57,768 nucleotides of DNA from Betaproteobacteria bacterium (GCA_031376405.1 JANMDS010000163.1:1-57768); one strand, 5' to 3'. Shown: positions 15,501 to 25,325, counted from the first letter of the stretch. A program made the numbers and translations. Notes: a model not told the origin generated them from the letters alone.

Positions 15501-16166
15501 ATGAAACTAGAACTTTACTTCGCTCCCAGTGCCTGCTCGTTCGTTCCCCATTTCGGCCTTGAAGCCATTCAGGCTGCCACTGGGCAAACCTTTGAGCCCA
15601 AGATTATTAAGCTTCACAAAGGTGAGCAAAGCGCACCGGAATTCACCGCGCTGAACCCCTACGCACAAGTGCCGTTGCTAGTGGTCGATGGTAAGCCGCT
15701 CAATCAAATTGTGGCGCTGTGTGAATACCTCGACGTGTGCTTTCCGCAGGCCAAATTGCTACCGAGTGAGAGTTGGGCGCGTGCCCAGGCGCTGTCCAGG
15801 TTTGCGTGGTTTAACAATTCGGTTCATCCCACGTTTACGCACTTTTTCATGCCTTCTAGGTTCGCGCCGGATGAGGCCGCGCAAGCATCGATCAAGGCTA
15901 AGGCAACCACTGATTTTCGCGCCCACATTGAGCGGATTCAAGCGATGATTTCTGCCGCGGGCTCGCCATTTCTGGGCGGCGCACAACCCGATTTTCTCGA
16001 TGCGTACGCATTCACTCTTTATCGCTGGGGTGGGATTACCGGCATTGACCCCGCAACCATTCCCGCGCTACGCGAATATGTTGACAGGCTCGTTGCCACG
16101 CCACACATCGCCGCGGTAGTCGAGCGGGAGCGGATTCCTGTGCACACGTTTAAAGCGGCGGCTTAA
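15501..16166 (+). CDS. Glutathione S-transferase
   Basis: Start trimmed to the ATG at 15501 (MKLELYFAPSACSFVPH). It has a thioredoxin-like N-domain (QVPLLVVDGKPLNQIVALCEYL) and a helical C-domain. The upstream part of the tracked ORF is a repeat unit. Confidence 0.8.
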   Translation: MKLELYFAPSACSFVPHFGLEAIQAATGQTFEPKIIKLHKGEQSAPEFTALNPYAQVPLLVVDGKPLNQIVALCEYLDVCFPQAKLLPSESWARAQALSRFAWFNNSVHPTFTHFFMPSRFAPDEAAQASIKAKATTDFRAHIERIQAMISAAGSPFLGGAQPDFLDAYAFTLYRWGGITGIDPATIPALREYVDRLVATPHIAAVVERERIPVHTFKAAA

Positions 16167-16190
16167 ACCGACCGCGCGCTCCCTAAGCGG

Positions 16191-17015
16191 CTACTGATCG
16201 TAGGTGTGCTGCGGCTCCGGAAACGCGCCGCTTTTCACTGCCGCCACATAGGCCTTCACAGCATCGAGCGTTGAGGGTGCACCGAGCGCGAAATTTTTGA
16301 CGAAGCGTGGTAATTTGCCCGTCGTCAAGCCCAGCATATCGTGGAGCACGAGCACTTGCCCATCCACTGATAGGCCCGCGCCAATGCCGATCACCGGTAT
16401 GGTCAGGGCATCGGACAGCGCTTTTCCGACCGCGGAAGGCACGAGTTCCACTACCAACATTGAGGCCCCTGCTGCCTCCAATGCCCGCGCATTTGCAACG
16501 ATTTTTTCGACCCCCGCATCAGTACGGCCCTGAATGCGGTAGCCACCCAAGGCGTGCACAGTTTGTGGCGTGAGCCCCAAGTGCGCACACACGGGGATGC
16601 CCCGTTCCACCAAAAACTGTACAGCGCTCGTCGTCCAGCCGCCGCCTTCGAGCTTCACCATGTGCGCGCCCGCTTGCATGAGTGTGCGGGCGCTAGCATA
16701 GGCTTGCGCGGGGGATTCGTGATACGTGCCGTAGGGCAAATCACCCATCACCCAAGCGGTGCGATTGCCGGCTGCGACGCAACGGACGTGATACGCCATG
16801 GCCTCCAACGTAACCGGTACCGTGGTGGAGTGCCCTTGCACGGTCATCGCGAGCGAATCGCCGACCAACAGTAGCTCTACGCCCGCTTCGTCCAGCACCC
16901 GCGCGAATGTTGCGTCATAGCAGGTGAGCATTGTCAGCTTTTCGCCACGCGCGGCAATCTCGCGCAGGCGGTGCAAGGTCAAAGATTTACGTGTTTCTGG
17001 GGAGTTATTGCTCAT
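16191..17015 (-). CDS. panB: 3-methyl-2-oxobutanoate hydroxymethyltransferase
   Basis: 274 aa. [50 protein letters not shown] and VKLEGG are PanB hallmarks. Confidence 0.92.
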   Translation of the reverse strand: MSNNSPETRKSLTLHRLREIAARGEKLTMLTCYDATFARVLDEAGVELLLVGDSLAMTVQGHSTTVPVTLEAMAYHVRCVAAGNRTAWVMGDLPYGTYHESPAQAYASARTLMQAGAHMVKLEGGGWTTSAVQFLVERGIPVCAHLGLTPQTVHALGGYRIQGRTDAGVEKIVANARALEAAGASMLVVELVPSAVGKALSDALTIPVIGIGAGLSVDGQVLVLHDMLGLTTGKLPRFVKNFALGAPSTLDAVKAYVAAVKSGAFPEPQHTYDQ

Positions 17016-17040
17016 AAATAGCCGTTTTTACGCCGCAGGT
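16999..17040 (-). repeat. Repeat unit, reverse orientation, overlapping the panB start codon and first five codons
   Basis: ggggagttattgctcataaatagccgtttttacgccgcaggt. The cat at 17013-17015 is the panB ATG. Confidence 0.7.
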
Positions 17041-17083
17041 TTTTTAAAGGGATAGATGTTACAGAACCTTGGCGGCGGGCGCT

Positions 17084-17887
17084 TTAGGCGTTGTGCAAAT
17101 AAAACTCCACTAAGCGCTCGCATACAGAAGTAAACATATCGGCCCCAGTCATCGTTGCGCAGCCTAACGCATTTGCGGCTTCGATAAGCGGCGGTAACGC
17201 AGGTTTAGTCACCACATCACCCACAAACAGTCCCGCATCACAGCCGGAAAGATTGATCGGCAACCCATCGCCCGCGTTCATGCCCATTGGCGTTGCGTTG
17301 ATGGCCAAATCAAACCCGAGCGCGTTCGGCGTGCCCGTAGCACACGGTACGTTGCCATAGCGTTGCAATTTGTTCAAGAGCGCATCGAGCCGCGCGCCGT
17401 CGGCATCGTACACACTCAAGCGGGCTACGCCTGCATCCACAAGTCCATGCGCGATGGCACTGCCCGCGCCGCCCGCGCCCACGAGCAGTGCGGCTTTTCC
17501 GCGCGGCTCAAAGCCCAATTTGCGCAATCCAGCGACATAGCCTTCGCCATCGCACATATGGCCGTGCCAAGAGCCATCGGGGTTGCGGCGGATTGCGTTC
17601 ACCGCCCCAATCGAGCGGGCTTGCGCCGAAAGCGTGGCACAGCCTTTGAGTGCGGCGAACTTATGCGGAACGGTGATGCAATGCCCATCGCAATTGGGCA
17701 CGCGCTGGGTGAGTGCGAGGAACTGAGCCAGATCGTCTGGCCTAACATGCACCGGCACGACAATGCAATCTGCCCCCCGCGCGCGCAGCGCCTGCGTGAC
17801 CCCTGCGGGGGATTTCACCTGTGCAATCGGATCACCTGCGATAAATAGCACGCGGGTCGCGCCGCTGTAGTCTGTAAACATAGTCAT
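17084..17887 (-). CDS. Shikimate dehydrogenase family protein (AroE-like paralogue)
   Basis: 267 aa. It has VKSP..., TVPHK, DGEGYVAGL and a VGAGGAGSAIAHGL Rossmann loop. It is divergent from the ABC transporter operon. Confidence 0.7.
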   Translation of the reverse strand: MTMFTDYSGATRVLFIAGDPIAQVKSPAGVTQALRARGADCIVVPVHVRPDDLAQFLALTQRVPNCDGHCITVPHKFAALKGCATLSAQARSIGAVNAIRRNPDGSWHGHMCDGEGYVAGLRKLGFEPRGKAALLVGAGGAGSAIAHGLVDAGVARLSVYDADGARLDALLNKLQRYGNVPCATGTPNALGFDLAINATPMGMNAGDGLPINLSGCDAGLFVGDVVTKPALPPLIEAANALGCATMTGADMFTSVCERLVEFYLHNA

Positions 17888-17921
17888 TTCTCGTTGAATC
17901 GTGTGGGCCTAAAAGGAACGG

Positions 17922-17963
17922 TTATCGCCCTAAGTGTGCGTTAATCGTACACTTGTGCGATAA
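17922..17963. promoter_or_regulatory. Imperfect 42-bp palindrome in the divergent promoter region between the SDH-like gene and the ABC operon (operator candidate)
   Basis: TTATCGCCCTAAGTGTGCG-TTAATCG-TACACTTGTGCGATAA. The outer TTATCGC/GCGATAA and inner AAGTGT/ACACTT arms pair with one indel. Confidence 0.35.
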
Positions 17964-18086
17964 AGAACTTTTCTCTACAATTTAGCCTAATTCAAGTTCA
18001 GCCCACCAAAAAGTGTTCAATCAAGCATTGGGGCAGGCTTTCCGGCACACTACGCGCCGGTTCATTTTTTTAAAGGAGACACCCTC

Positions 18087-19226
18087 ATGCAGTTCCGCAC
18101 CCTCGCGCTCAGCGCGTTAAGCACCGCACTTTTCGCAACATCAGCGTTCTCGCAGGCAATCAAAATTTCTGGGCTCTATGAGCTCTCCGGTCCCGGCGCT
18201 TCCGCTGGCACGCAATTTAAAAACGGCGTTGAGCTGGCGGTTAAAGAAATCAACGCAGCGGGCGGCATTTTGGGCCGTAAGCTTGAGCACAACGCGGCAG
18301 ATACCCAGACCAATCCCGGTGTGGCCAAGGGGTTGGCCACCAAAGCAGTCGACGATGGCGCGGTCGCGGTATTCGGCCCCGTGTATTCCGGCTCCATCAT
18401 GGTAAGCATGACCGAGACCCGCCGTGTGGAAATCCCAAACTTCACCGGCGGTGAGGCCGCTTCCATCACCACCCAGGGCAACCCGTATATTTTCCGCACC
18501 AGCTTCACACAAGCCACCGCCATGCCGAAAGTTGCACGTTACATTGCGAACGACTTGAAAGCTAAAAACGTAGCCGTGTTATTCGTGAACAACGATTTCG
18601 GCAAAGGCGGTCGGGATGCAATTATCAAGGCGCTCGAGGCGTACGGCTCGAAGGTCTCGGCGGATATCTCGACCGAAGCGGCGCAGGTGGATTTCTCCGC
18701 TGCGGTGTTAAAAGCCAAGCAATCGAACGCCGATGCGTTGTTTGTTTATCTGAACGAAGAAGAGTCGGCGCGAGCATTGCGTGAATTGCGCAAGCAAGGC
18801 TGGAACAAACCCATCGTAGGCGAAACCACGCTGACCGGCCAAAAAGTAATTGAGCTTGCAGGTGAAGCGGCCAACGGTGCAGTAGCCCACGTAGGCTTAA
18901 CCGCCGATGCACCAGGCGCGTTAATGAAGAAATACAAAGATGCCTATCAGCGCGACTACAAAGCGGGCTCCGACCATAATGGCATTAAAGGCTATACCGG
19001 TGTCTACGTGTTGAAAGCTGCCATTGAAAAAGCAGGCAAAGTGGATAGCAAAGCCATCGCCACGGCACTCAAAGGGCTGGAAATCAAAGCCGCTAAAGAG
19101 CCAGGCGTATTGTTGGATGTGAGCTTTGATGCCAACGGTGATCTAGACCGCGAAAGCTTCATGGTGGAAGTGCGCAACGGTAAGCAAGAGGTAAAAGACA
19201 TTCTCCCGCCATTGGGTAAGAAGTAG
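18087..19226 (+). CDS. ABC transporter periplasmic substrate-binding protein, LivJ/LivK (branched-chain amino acid type) family
   Basis: 379 aa with a signal peptide and a type I PBP pattern (GPGASAGTQFKNGVELAVKEINAAGGILGRKL). A good RBS (AAAGGAGA) lies upstream and an intrinsic terminator-like hairpin lies downstream. Confidence 0.85.
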   Translation: MQFRTLALSALSTALFATSAFSQAIKISGLYELSGPGASAGTQFKNGVELAVKEINAAGGILGRKLEHNAADTQTNPGVAKGLATKAVDDGAVAVFGPVYSGSIMVSMTETRRVEIPNFTGGEAASITTQGNPYIFRTSFTQATAMPKVARYIANDLKAKNVAVLFVNNDFGKGGRDAIIKALEAYGSKVSADISTEAAQVDFSAAVLKAKQSNADALFVYLNEEESARALRELRKQGWNKPIVGETTLTGQKVIELAGEAANGAVAHVGLTADAPGALMKKYKDAYQRDYKAGSDHNGIKGYTGVYVLKAAIEKAGKVDSKAIATALKGLEIKAAKEPGVLLDVSFDANGDLDRESFMVEVRNGKQEVKDILPPLGKK

Positions 19227-19247
19227 CCTTAAAGCTGGTTGCAACGT

Positions 19248-19286
19248 AAACGCCCCGCCGCGCCAAGTGTGTGCCGGGGCGTTTTT
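19248..19286 (+). terminator. Hairpin plus T-run between the binding-protein gene and livH (attenuating terminator candidate)
   Basis: AAACGCCCCG...CGGGGCGTTTTT: a 9-10-bp stem with a long loop and a T5 run. This is the typical differential-expression arrangement for ABC operons. Confidence 0.6.
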
Positions 19287-19308
19287 ACTCCTCGATTGGG
19301 TTTAGTCA

Positions 19309-20184
19309 ATGGTTGATTTCTTTCAGCTCCTTTTCTCTGGACTCGCTACGGGGAGTATCTATGCCTTAGCCGCGCTTGGGTTCACCCTGCTTTGGCAAGC
19401 CAGCGGTACGATCAATTTTGCGCAAGGCGAGTTCGTTATGCTCCCCGCGTTTGCGATGGTGGGTTTTTTAGCGTGGGGCGCGCCATTGAGCGTGAGTTTC
19501 GTGCTTACTTGTATCGTTTCGATTGCGGTGCTCGGCTGGTGTTTCAAGCGTGGCCTGATTGATCCACTCTATCGCCACGGCATGATGCCGATTGTGGTGG
19601 CAACGATTGGTTTGGCCATCGCCATGCGCAGCGGCGTGCGCGCAGGCTATAGCGCAGAGGCACATCCGTTCCCCGCATTGTTTGCCGACAAGTTGTTTAA
19701 AGTGGCGGGCGTAACGGTCACGTTGGCCGACATCGGCACGCTTGTCATTGCGTTGGCGCTGGTGTTTGCTACCCAAATGTTTATTACCAAAACCGTCACG
19801 GGGCGGGCAATGCAAGCCGTAGCCCAAAACACCGAAAGTGCCACGGTGCTTGGTATCGATGTGCCCAAAATGGTTTTCTACACCTTTGCGATTAACGCCG
19901 TATTAGCCTGCACCGCAGCGCTGCTCGTCACGCCGGTATATCTTGCCAAATTCGATATGGGCGAATCGCTCGGCACGAAAGCGTTCTTCGCAGCCATCAT
20001 CGGTGGATTCAACAATAGTCGCGGGGCGCTGCTCGGCGGGCTCATTGTTGGGGTGGCAGAAAATTTGAGCGCCGCCTACATTTCCCCAACCTACAAGGAT
20101 GCGGTGGCCCTGGTGTTGTTCATGGCGGTGATTCTATTCAAACCGCAAGGGTTGCTCGGCAAAAAAGTAGAACGAAAAGTGTGA
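19309..20184 (+). CDS. livH: Branched-chain amino acid type ABC permease (LivH family)
   Basis: 291 aa, polytopic. It has the INFAQGEFVMLPAF motif typical of LivH. Confidence 0.85.
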   Translation: MVDFFQLLFSGLATGSIYALAALGFTLLWQASGTINFAQGEFVMLPAFAMVGFLAWGAPLSVSFVLTCIVSIAVLGWCFKRGLIDPLYRHGMMPIVVATIGLAIAMRSGVRAGYSAEAHPFPALFADKLFKVAGVTVTLADIGTLVIALALVFATQMFITKTVTGRAMQAVAQNTESATVLGIDVPKMVFYTFAINAVLACTAALLVTPVYLAKFDMGESLGTKAFFAAIIGGFNNSRGALLGGLIVGVAENLSAAYISPTYKDAVALVLFMAVILFKPQGLLGKKVERKV

Positions 20185-20194
20185 GGAAAAGACG

Positions 20195-21178
20195 ATGAAA
20201 AAATCCACACTTTTGCTCATAGCCGCTACTATTTTTATGCTGGCGGTGCCGCCGTTTTTAAAAAATTACGGCATCTATTTATTCACCTATTGGCTCGTGT
20301 TTATTTTGGCAACAATGGGGTTAAACCTCACGGTCGGTTACGCCGGACAAAAGTCACTCGGACACGCTGCTTTTTTTGGCATCGGCGCTTACACCGTCGC
20401 CATACTTATGAAAGCGGGGATCAGCTTTTGGATTGGGCTGCCGCTAGCGATGCTCGGTTGCTTTGCTATTGGAATCGCGGTGGGCTTTCCGGCGCTGCGC
20501 GTGCAAGCGATCTACCTAGCGTTCGCCACCCTAGGATTTAACACTGCCGTCTGGCTGGTGATGCGAAACGAAGAGTGGCTCACCGGCGGCACGTTTGGTA
20601 TTAACAACATTGCACGGCCCTCGCTATTTGGCTTTAGTCTCGAGAAAAACTTGCACTACTACTACTTTGTGTTCGCCGTCACGCTCATCTTCGCGTACAT
20701 CCTGCATCGATTGCTAAGTTCGCCCTGGGGAAAAGCCTTCACTGCGTTGCGGGACAACCCCATTCGTGCCGAGAGTTTGGGCGTTCGGATTCAATCCTAC
20801 ACGTTGCTCTCGTTCGCAATCGGCGCGGTGTATGCAGGCGTGGCAGGCGCGCTGTTCGCGCCGTTGGTGGGGTTTATCGAGCCGGCGCCGTTTGCGGTAA
20901 GCACCTCCATCATGATGTATCTAATGGTTGTTGTTGGTGGGCCCGGCTACTTCTTGGGTCCGGTCGTAGGCTCAGCCGTGGGCGTGTTGCTGCCGGAGTG
21001 GTTGCGCTTCGCTCAAGCCTGGTATTTGTTTGTATTTGGCACGGCAGTGGTACTGCTCATGCTCTGGTTGCCCGATGGGTTGTTGAGCATCCCAGATCGC
21101 ATTCGGGCTAAAAAATTGGCGCGCGTAGAGGCCCAGGCTCGGTCTGACGCCGCTGCAAAAATCGGAGGTGCAGCATGA
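20195..21178 (+). CDS. livM: Branched-chain amino acid type ABC permease (LivM family)
   Basis: 327 aa, polytopic. It has the GYAGQKSLGHAAFFGIGAY motif typical of LivM. Confidence 0.85.
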   Translation: MKKSTLLLIAATIFMLAVPPFLKNYGIYLFTYWLVFILATMGLNLTVGYAGQKSLGHAAFFGIGAYTVAILMKAGISFWIGLPLAMLGCFAIGIAVGFPALRVQAIYLAFATLGFNTAVWLVMRNEEWLTGGTFGINNIARPSLFGFSLEKNLHYYYFVFAVTLIFAYILHRLLSSPWGKAFTALRDNPIRAESLGVRIQSYTLLSFAIGAVYAGVAGALFAPLVGFIEPAPFAVSTSIMMYLMVVVGGPGYFLGPVVGSAVGVLLPEWLRFAQAWYLFVFGTAVVLLMLWLPDGLLSIPDRIRAKKLARVEAQARSDAAAKIGGAA

Positions 21179-21924
21179 GCGCGCAGCCGGTTTTAAAGGT
21201 GACTAATCTAAAGAAAGCGTACGGCGCGATTAAGGCGGTTGATGGCGTTTCGTTCGAGGTGATGCCCGGAGAGATTTTCGGCGTGATCGGGCCGAATGGT
21301 TCCGGTAAAACCACCATGTTCAATAGCGTGTTGGGGCAAATCGCTCCGGACTCGGGGCAAATCGAACTGAATGGCAAAGATATCGCAGGCTTATCGCCCG
21401 CCGAGCTCAATCGTCGTGGCGTGGGGCGTACGTTTCAAACTCTGCAAGTGTTCGGCAAGATGAGCGTGCGGGACAATCTACTCGTTGCGGCGCAAGAGCA
21501 TCAAGGCAGTATGGTCAAGCGGCTCTTCGCCCCGAGCGATTCGGGCTTGGGCGCAAAGGCCGATGAAATGATTCGGCGGTTTCGAATCGAACATGTTGCG
21601 CACAAAAAAGCCGGTGAGCTGAGCTATGGCCAACAAAAGCTGGTCGATATCGCCATGGCGTTCATGAGCGAGCCGGCGTTGGTGTTACTCGATGAGCCGT
21701 GCGCTGGCGTAAACCCAAGCTTGGTTTCTGGATTAAGCCGTTTGCTCAAAGAGCTAAACCAGTCGCGAAAAGGCTCGTTTGTGGTGATTGAGCACAATAT
21801 GGATTTCGTGATGGACCTGTGCCACCGTGTGATGGTAATGGTGGAGGGTCAGGTGATGGCGATTGGCACACCCGCAGAAATTCGCGCGAACAAGCAAGTG
21901 CTCGAAGCCTACTTGGGGAGCTAA
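21175..21924 (+). CDS. livG: ABC transporter ATP-binding protein (LivG family)
   Basis: Walker A GPNGSGKTT, signature LSYGQQK and Walker B LVLLDEP. There is a 4-nt overlap with livM. Confidence 0.88.
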   Translation: MSAQPVLKVTNLKKAYGAIKAVDGVSFEVMPGEIFGVIGPNGSGKTTMFNSVLGQIAPDSGQIELNGKDIAGLSPAELNRRGVGRTFQTLQVFGKMSVRDNLLVAAQEHQGSMVKRLFAPSDSGLGAKADEMIRRFRIEHVAHKKAGELSYGQQKLVDIAMAFMSEPALVLLDEPCAGVNPSLVSGLSRLLKELNQSRKGSFVVIEHNMDFVMDLCHRVMVMVEGQVMAIGTPAEIRANKQVLEAYLGS

Positions 21925-21927
21925 GTC

Positions 21928-22674
21928 ATGACCGATACGTGTATTGAATTTAAAAACGTCGTTGCGGGCTACGGCGAATTTATGATCCTGAACGACTTGA
22001 GCTTCGCGGCCAAATCGGGAAAGATTACGCTACTCATCGGCCCGAACGGCGCCGGTAAAAGCACAGTACTCAAAACGATTTTTGGTCTGCTCAAACTCAA
22101 GCAGGGCAGCATCACCCTTAACGGTGAAAACATCGCCGGGGTGAGCGCGCGCACGCTTTTGCAGCGCGGCATTGCCTTTGTGCCGCAAGGCCGCAATTTG
22201 TTTGGGCAATTGAGCGTATACGAAAATTTGGAGTTGGGCGGCATTACGCTGGGCGTGAAAACGGCTCGCGAGCGTATTCCCGAGGTGTTGGAGTTTTTCC
22301 CGCGCGTGAAGGAGCGGATCCATTCGCAAGCTTCTTCGCTTTCTGGCGGAGAGCAAAAGCAACTAGAAATCGGGCGGGCGCTTTTATTGCGCCCGAAAGT
22401 GTTGTTGATTGATGAGCCCTCAATTGGCCTATCGCCTCTACTCGTGCTGGATGTGTTTAAGTTGCTGCGCAAGCTGGCCGAACAAGGCGTAACTGTGTTG
22501 ATGGTTGAGCAAAATGTAAAAAGCGCGTTGAAGTATTCCGATGAGGTGATCGCGCTCGAATCGGGGCGGCGCGTGTTGCAGCGCCCTGCTGCCGAGCTTT
22601 TAGCGGATCCGAATATCGAGCGATTGTTTTTAGGCGGGGTTCACGCCCAAAGCGTAGCGGAGGCGACGCCCTAG
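21928..22674 (+). CDS. livF: ABC transporter ATP-binding protein (LivF family)
   Basis: Walker A GPNGAGKST, signature LSGGEQK and Walker B LLIDEPS. Confidence 0.88.
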   Translation: MTDTCIEFKNVVAGYGEFMILNDLSFAAKSGKITLLIGPNGAGKSTVLKTIFGLLKLKQGSITLNGENIAGVSARTLLQRGIAFVPQGRNLFGQLSVYENLELGGITLGVKTARERIPEVLEFFPRVKERIHSQASSLSGGEQKQLEIGRALLLRPKVLLIDEPSIGLSPLLVLDVFKLLRKLAEQGVTVLMVEQNVKSALKYSDEVIALESGRRVLQRPAAELLADPNIERLFLGGVHAQSVAEATP

Positions 22675-22675
22675 G

Positions 22676-24352
22676 GTGGAGTGCGATGTCGTCATCGTAG
22701 GTTCGGGAGCAGGCGGGCTCAGCGTCGCGGTGACGGCAGCCCATCTTGGGCTTGAGGTTATTGTGGTTGAGAAAGCCGACGTAATCGGTGGCACCACCGC
22801 GTGGTCCGGTGGATGGATGTGGTTGCCTTGCAACCCGTTGGCTCGCGCTGCCGGGATTCAAGAAGAAATTGCTGTACCCAAAGAGTACTTACGCCACATT
22901 TTGGGCGAACATTACAACGAATCCCGCGTTAGTGCCTTTCTCTTGCAGGCGGGCGCAATGGCGCAGTTTCATATTGACCACACCGCGCTTAAATTCATCG
23001 ATGGCAACGCGATTCCAGATTTTCACGGTAATGTGCCTGGCGCAGCAAAAGGCGGGCGCAGCCTTTGCGCAGCGCCGTTTGAAGCCAAGCGCCTAGGCGG
23101 GGCGATGAAGCTGCTGCGAGCGCCGCGCGATATCCTTTCTTTTCTCGGCATGAGCATCGGCGGCGATGTTCGGCACTTCGTGCGTGCGGCGCGTGCTTTG
23201 GATTCGTTTGCCTACGTTGGCAAGCGGCTGGTTAAGCACGCGCTTGATCTCGCCCGTTATGGTCAAGGCAGCACGCGCAAGGGCGGCAATGCTTTGGTCG
23301 CTGCCTTACTCAAATCCGCGCTAGAAAAAAACGTGCGTTTTCTCACTGATCACACAGTGGAAAAAGTATTATTAGAGCGCGGGCGTGCCGTTGGCATTGC
23401 GGCAGTTCACAACGGGGCCGCAACGACGATTCGCGCGCGCAAAGCGGTGGTGCTCGCGTGCGGCGGTTTCCCGCATGATGCTGCACGCCAGGCGCATCTC
23501 TTCCCGCATGTGCGCTCTGGTCAGGTCCATCGCAGTGCCGCGCCGCTTACCAACACAGGCGATGGTTTACGATTGGGCGAGGGCGTGGGTGGAGTCGTTG
23601 ACAGCACGCTTGCCGACGCGGGCGCATGGGCGCCTGTCTCGCTCGTTCCGCACCCCGATGGTGGCTTCCAACATTTCCCGCATCTGCTCGAGCGGGGCAA
23701 GCCTGGGCTCATCGCCGTGACTAAAAGTGGCCAGCGCTTTGCTAATGAAGCCGGGAACTACCACTCATTCATGCGCGGGCTATTTGCCGCTGGACACACA
23801 GAAGCGTGGCTCATTTGCGACCACCGTTTTCAGCGCCGGTATGGCTTGGGATTTTCCAAACCGTTTCCACTGCCGGTATCTGCCCTCGTGCGTAGTGGGT
23901 ATTTGCAGCGTGCGCCAACCATCGTAGCGCTTGCGGAGCGCTGCGGTATCACAGCGCAAGCGCTTGACGCCACGGTGGGGCGCTACAACTTACATGCCCG
24001 AACGGGCAATGACCCGGAATTTCATCGCGGCGAAATTTCGTATGACCGCATGCAAGGAGACGCTGAACACGCAGGCCCCAACCCCTGCATCGCGCCAATT
24101 GAGTGCGGCCCGTTTTACGCTGTGCGTATTGTGCCGGGAAGCCTGGGCACGTTCGCCGGTTTGCGGGTCAACGAACATGCGCAAGCGCTGGACGCACACG
24201 CCAACGTGATCGCTGGGCTTTACGTGGCAGGCAACGATATGGCCAGCGTCATGGGTGGGCATTACCCGAGCGGGGGCATTACGCTGGGCCCTGCGATGAC
24301 GTTTGGCTACATCGCCGGGCATCACATTGCGGGCGTTGCGCTACCAAAATAG
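22676..24352 (+). CDS. FAD-dependent oxidoreductase (3-ketosteroid dehydrogenase / fumarate reductase flavoprotein-like)
   Basis: 558 aa with a GTG start 1 nt after the livF stop. It has an N-terminal DVVIVGSGAGGLS dinucleotide fold and a C-terminal GLYVAGND FAD motif. Confidence 0.75.
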   Translation: MECDVVIVGSGAGGLSVAVTAAHLGLEVIVVEKADVIGGTTAWSGGWMWLPCNPLARAAGIQEEIAVPKEYLRHILGEHYNESRVSAFLLQAGAMAQFHIDHTALKFIDGNAIPDFHGNVPGAAKGGRSLCAAPFEAKRLGGAMKLLRAPRDILSFLGMSIGGDVRHFVRAARALDSFAYVGKRLVKHALDLARYGQGSTRKGGNALVAALLKSALEKNVRFLTDHTVEKVLLERGRAVGIAAVHNGAATTIRARKAVVLACGGFPHDAARQAHLFPHVRSGQVHRSAAPLTNTGDGLRLGEGVGGVVDSTLADAGAWAPVSLVPHPDGGFQHFPHLLERGKPGLIAVTKSGQRFANEAGNYHSFMRGLFAAGHTEAWLICDHRFQRRYGLGFSKPFPLPVSALVRSGYLQRAPTIVALAERCGITAQALDATVGRYNLHARTGNDPEFHRGEISYDRMQGDAEHAGPNPCIAPIECGPFYAVRIVPGSLGTFAGLRVNEHAQALDAHANVIAGLYVAGNDMASVMGGHYPSGGITLGPAMTFGYIAGHHIAGVALPK

Positions 24353-24358
24353 CCTAAA

Positions 24359-24418
24359 ACCTGCGGCGTAAAAGCAGCACTTTTTCAACCTTATCTCCCC
24401 AGAAAAGAGCGCTTGCGT
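24359..24418. repeat. Repeat unit (forward) plus a degenerate partner arm
   Basis: acctgcggcgtaaaagcagcactttttcaaccttatctcccc, followed by agaaaagagcgcttgcgt. Confidence 0.8.
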
Positions 24419-24430
24419 ACACTCTGAAGT

Positions 24431-25270
24431 ATGAACCGCACCTACTCGCTCGCCCACTTAACTGTCCTGGCGCTTACGCCGCCGGAAGTCATCCGTACCG
24501 CCGCTAAGCTAGGCTTCGCCAATTGTGGACTTCGCCTGCTGCCCGCCGCGCCCGGTGGACCGCACTTCCCCCTCATGAGCGATGCTGCCATGCAAGGGGA
24601 AACCATCGCCGCGCTGCGCGATAGCGAAATAAAAGTTCTTGATCTGGAAATCGTGCGGATTGACGAGCGTTTCGACCCCAGCGCGTATCGGGCATTTTTT
24701 GATATCGGCGCGGCCCTCGGCGCGAAACATATTTTGGTTGCAGGCGACGATGCCGATGAAGCCCGACTCACCGAAAACTTCAGCAAGCTCTGCGAAGCTG
24801 CACAGGTATTTAATCTCACCTGTGATCTTGAGTTCATGCCTTGGACTGCGGTGAAAGATGCCTCCACCGCCGTGCGCATCGTCTCCAGCGTCGGTCAGCC
24901 CAATGCTGGGGTATTGGTCGATGCGATTCACTTTTTTCGCTCCCGCAGCATGCTAGCCGACATCGCAGATTTACCCCGTCGCAGCGTCAATTATGTGCAG
25001 CTCTGTGATGGGAAGGTACCTGGCCCCGTCAACAACGCAGGGCTCATTCACGATGCACGCAGCGAGCGGCTGCTCCCCGGCGAAGGCGGCTTCGCGCTCG
25101 CCGCCATGCTCGCCGCCTTACCAGGCGATTTGCCGATCAGCGTAGAAGTGCCAAGCGAAACCCGCGCGGCCAAAATGGGCTATGAAGCGTGGGCTGCCGC
25201 CGCGCTCGAAGCCGCGAAAAAAGTGATTTCCCTGCCGACAAGTTCAGAATTTGATGATTTTGAGATTTAA
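24431..25270 (+). CDS. Sugar phosphate isomerase/epimerase (xylose isomerase-like TIM barrel) family protein
   Basis: 279 aa. The pattern GAKHILVAG...LEFMPW...VDAIHF...VQLCD matches AP endonuclease 2 / xylose-isomerase-like TIM barrels. Confidence 0.65.
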   Translation: MNRTYSLAHLTVLALTPPEVIRTAAKLGFANCGLRLLPAAPGGPHFPLMSDAAMQGETIAALRDSEIKVLDLEIVRIDERFDPSAYRAFFDIGAALGAKHILVAGDDADEARLTENFSKLCEAAQVFNLTCDLEFMPWTAVKDASTAVRIVSSVGQPNAGVLVDAIHFFRSRSMLADIADLPRRSVNYVQLCDGKVPGPVNNAGLIHDARSERLLPGEGGFALAAMLAALPGDLPISVEVPSETRAAKMGYEAWAAAALEAAKKVISLPTSSEFDDFEI

Positions 25271-25325
25271 TGCGTCATGACATCAGGCGATTGCCGGTTA
25301 GCGGCGCATTTAATTCAATAGCTAA

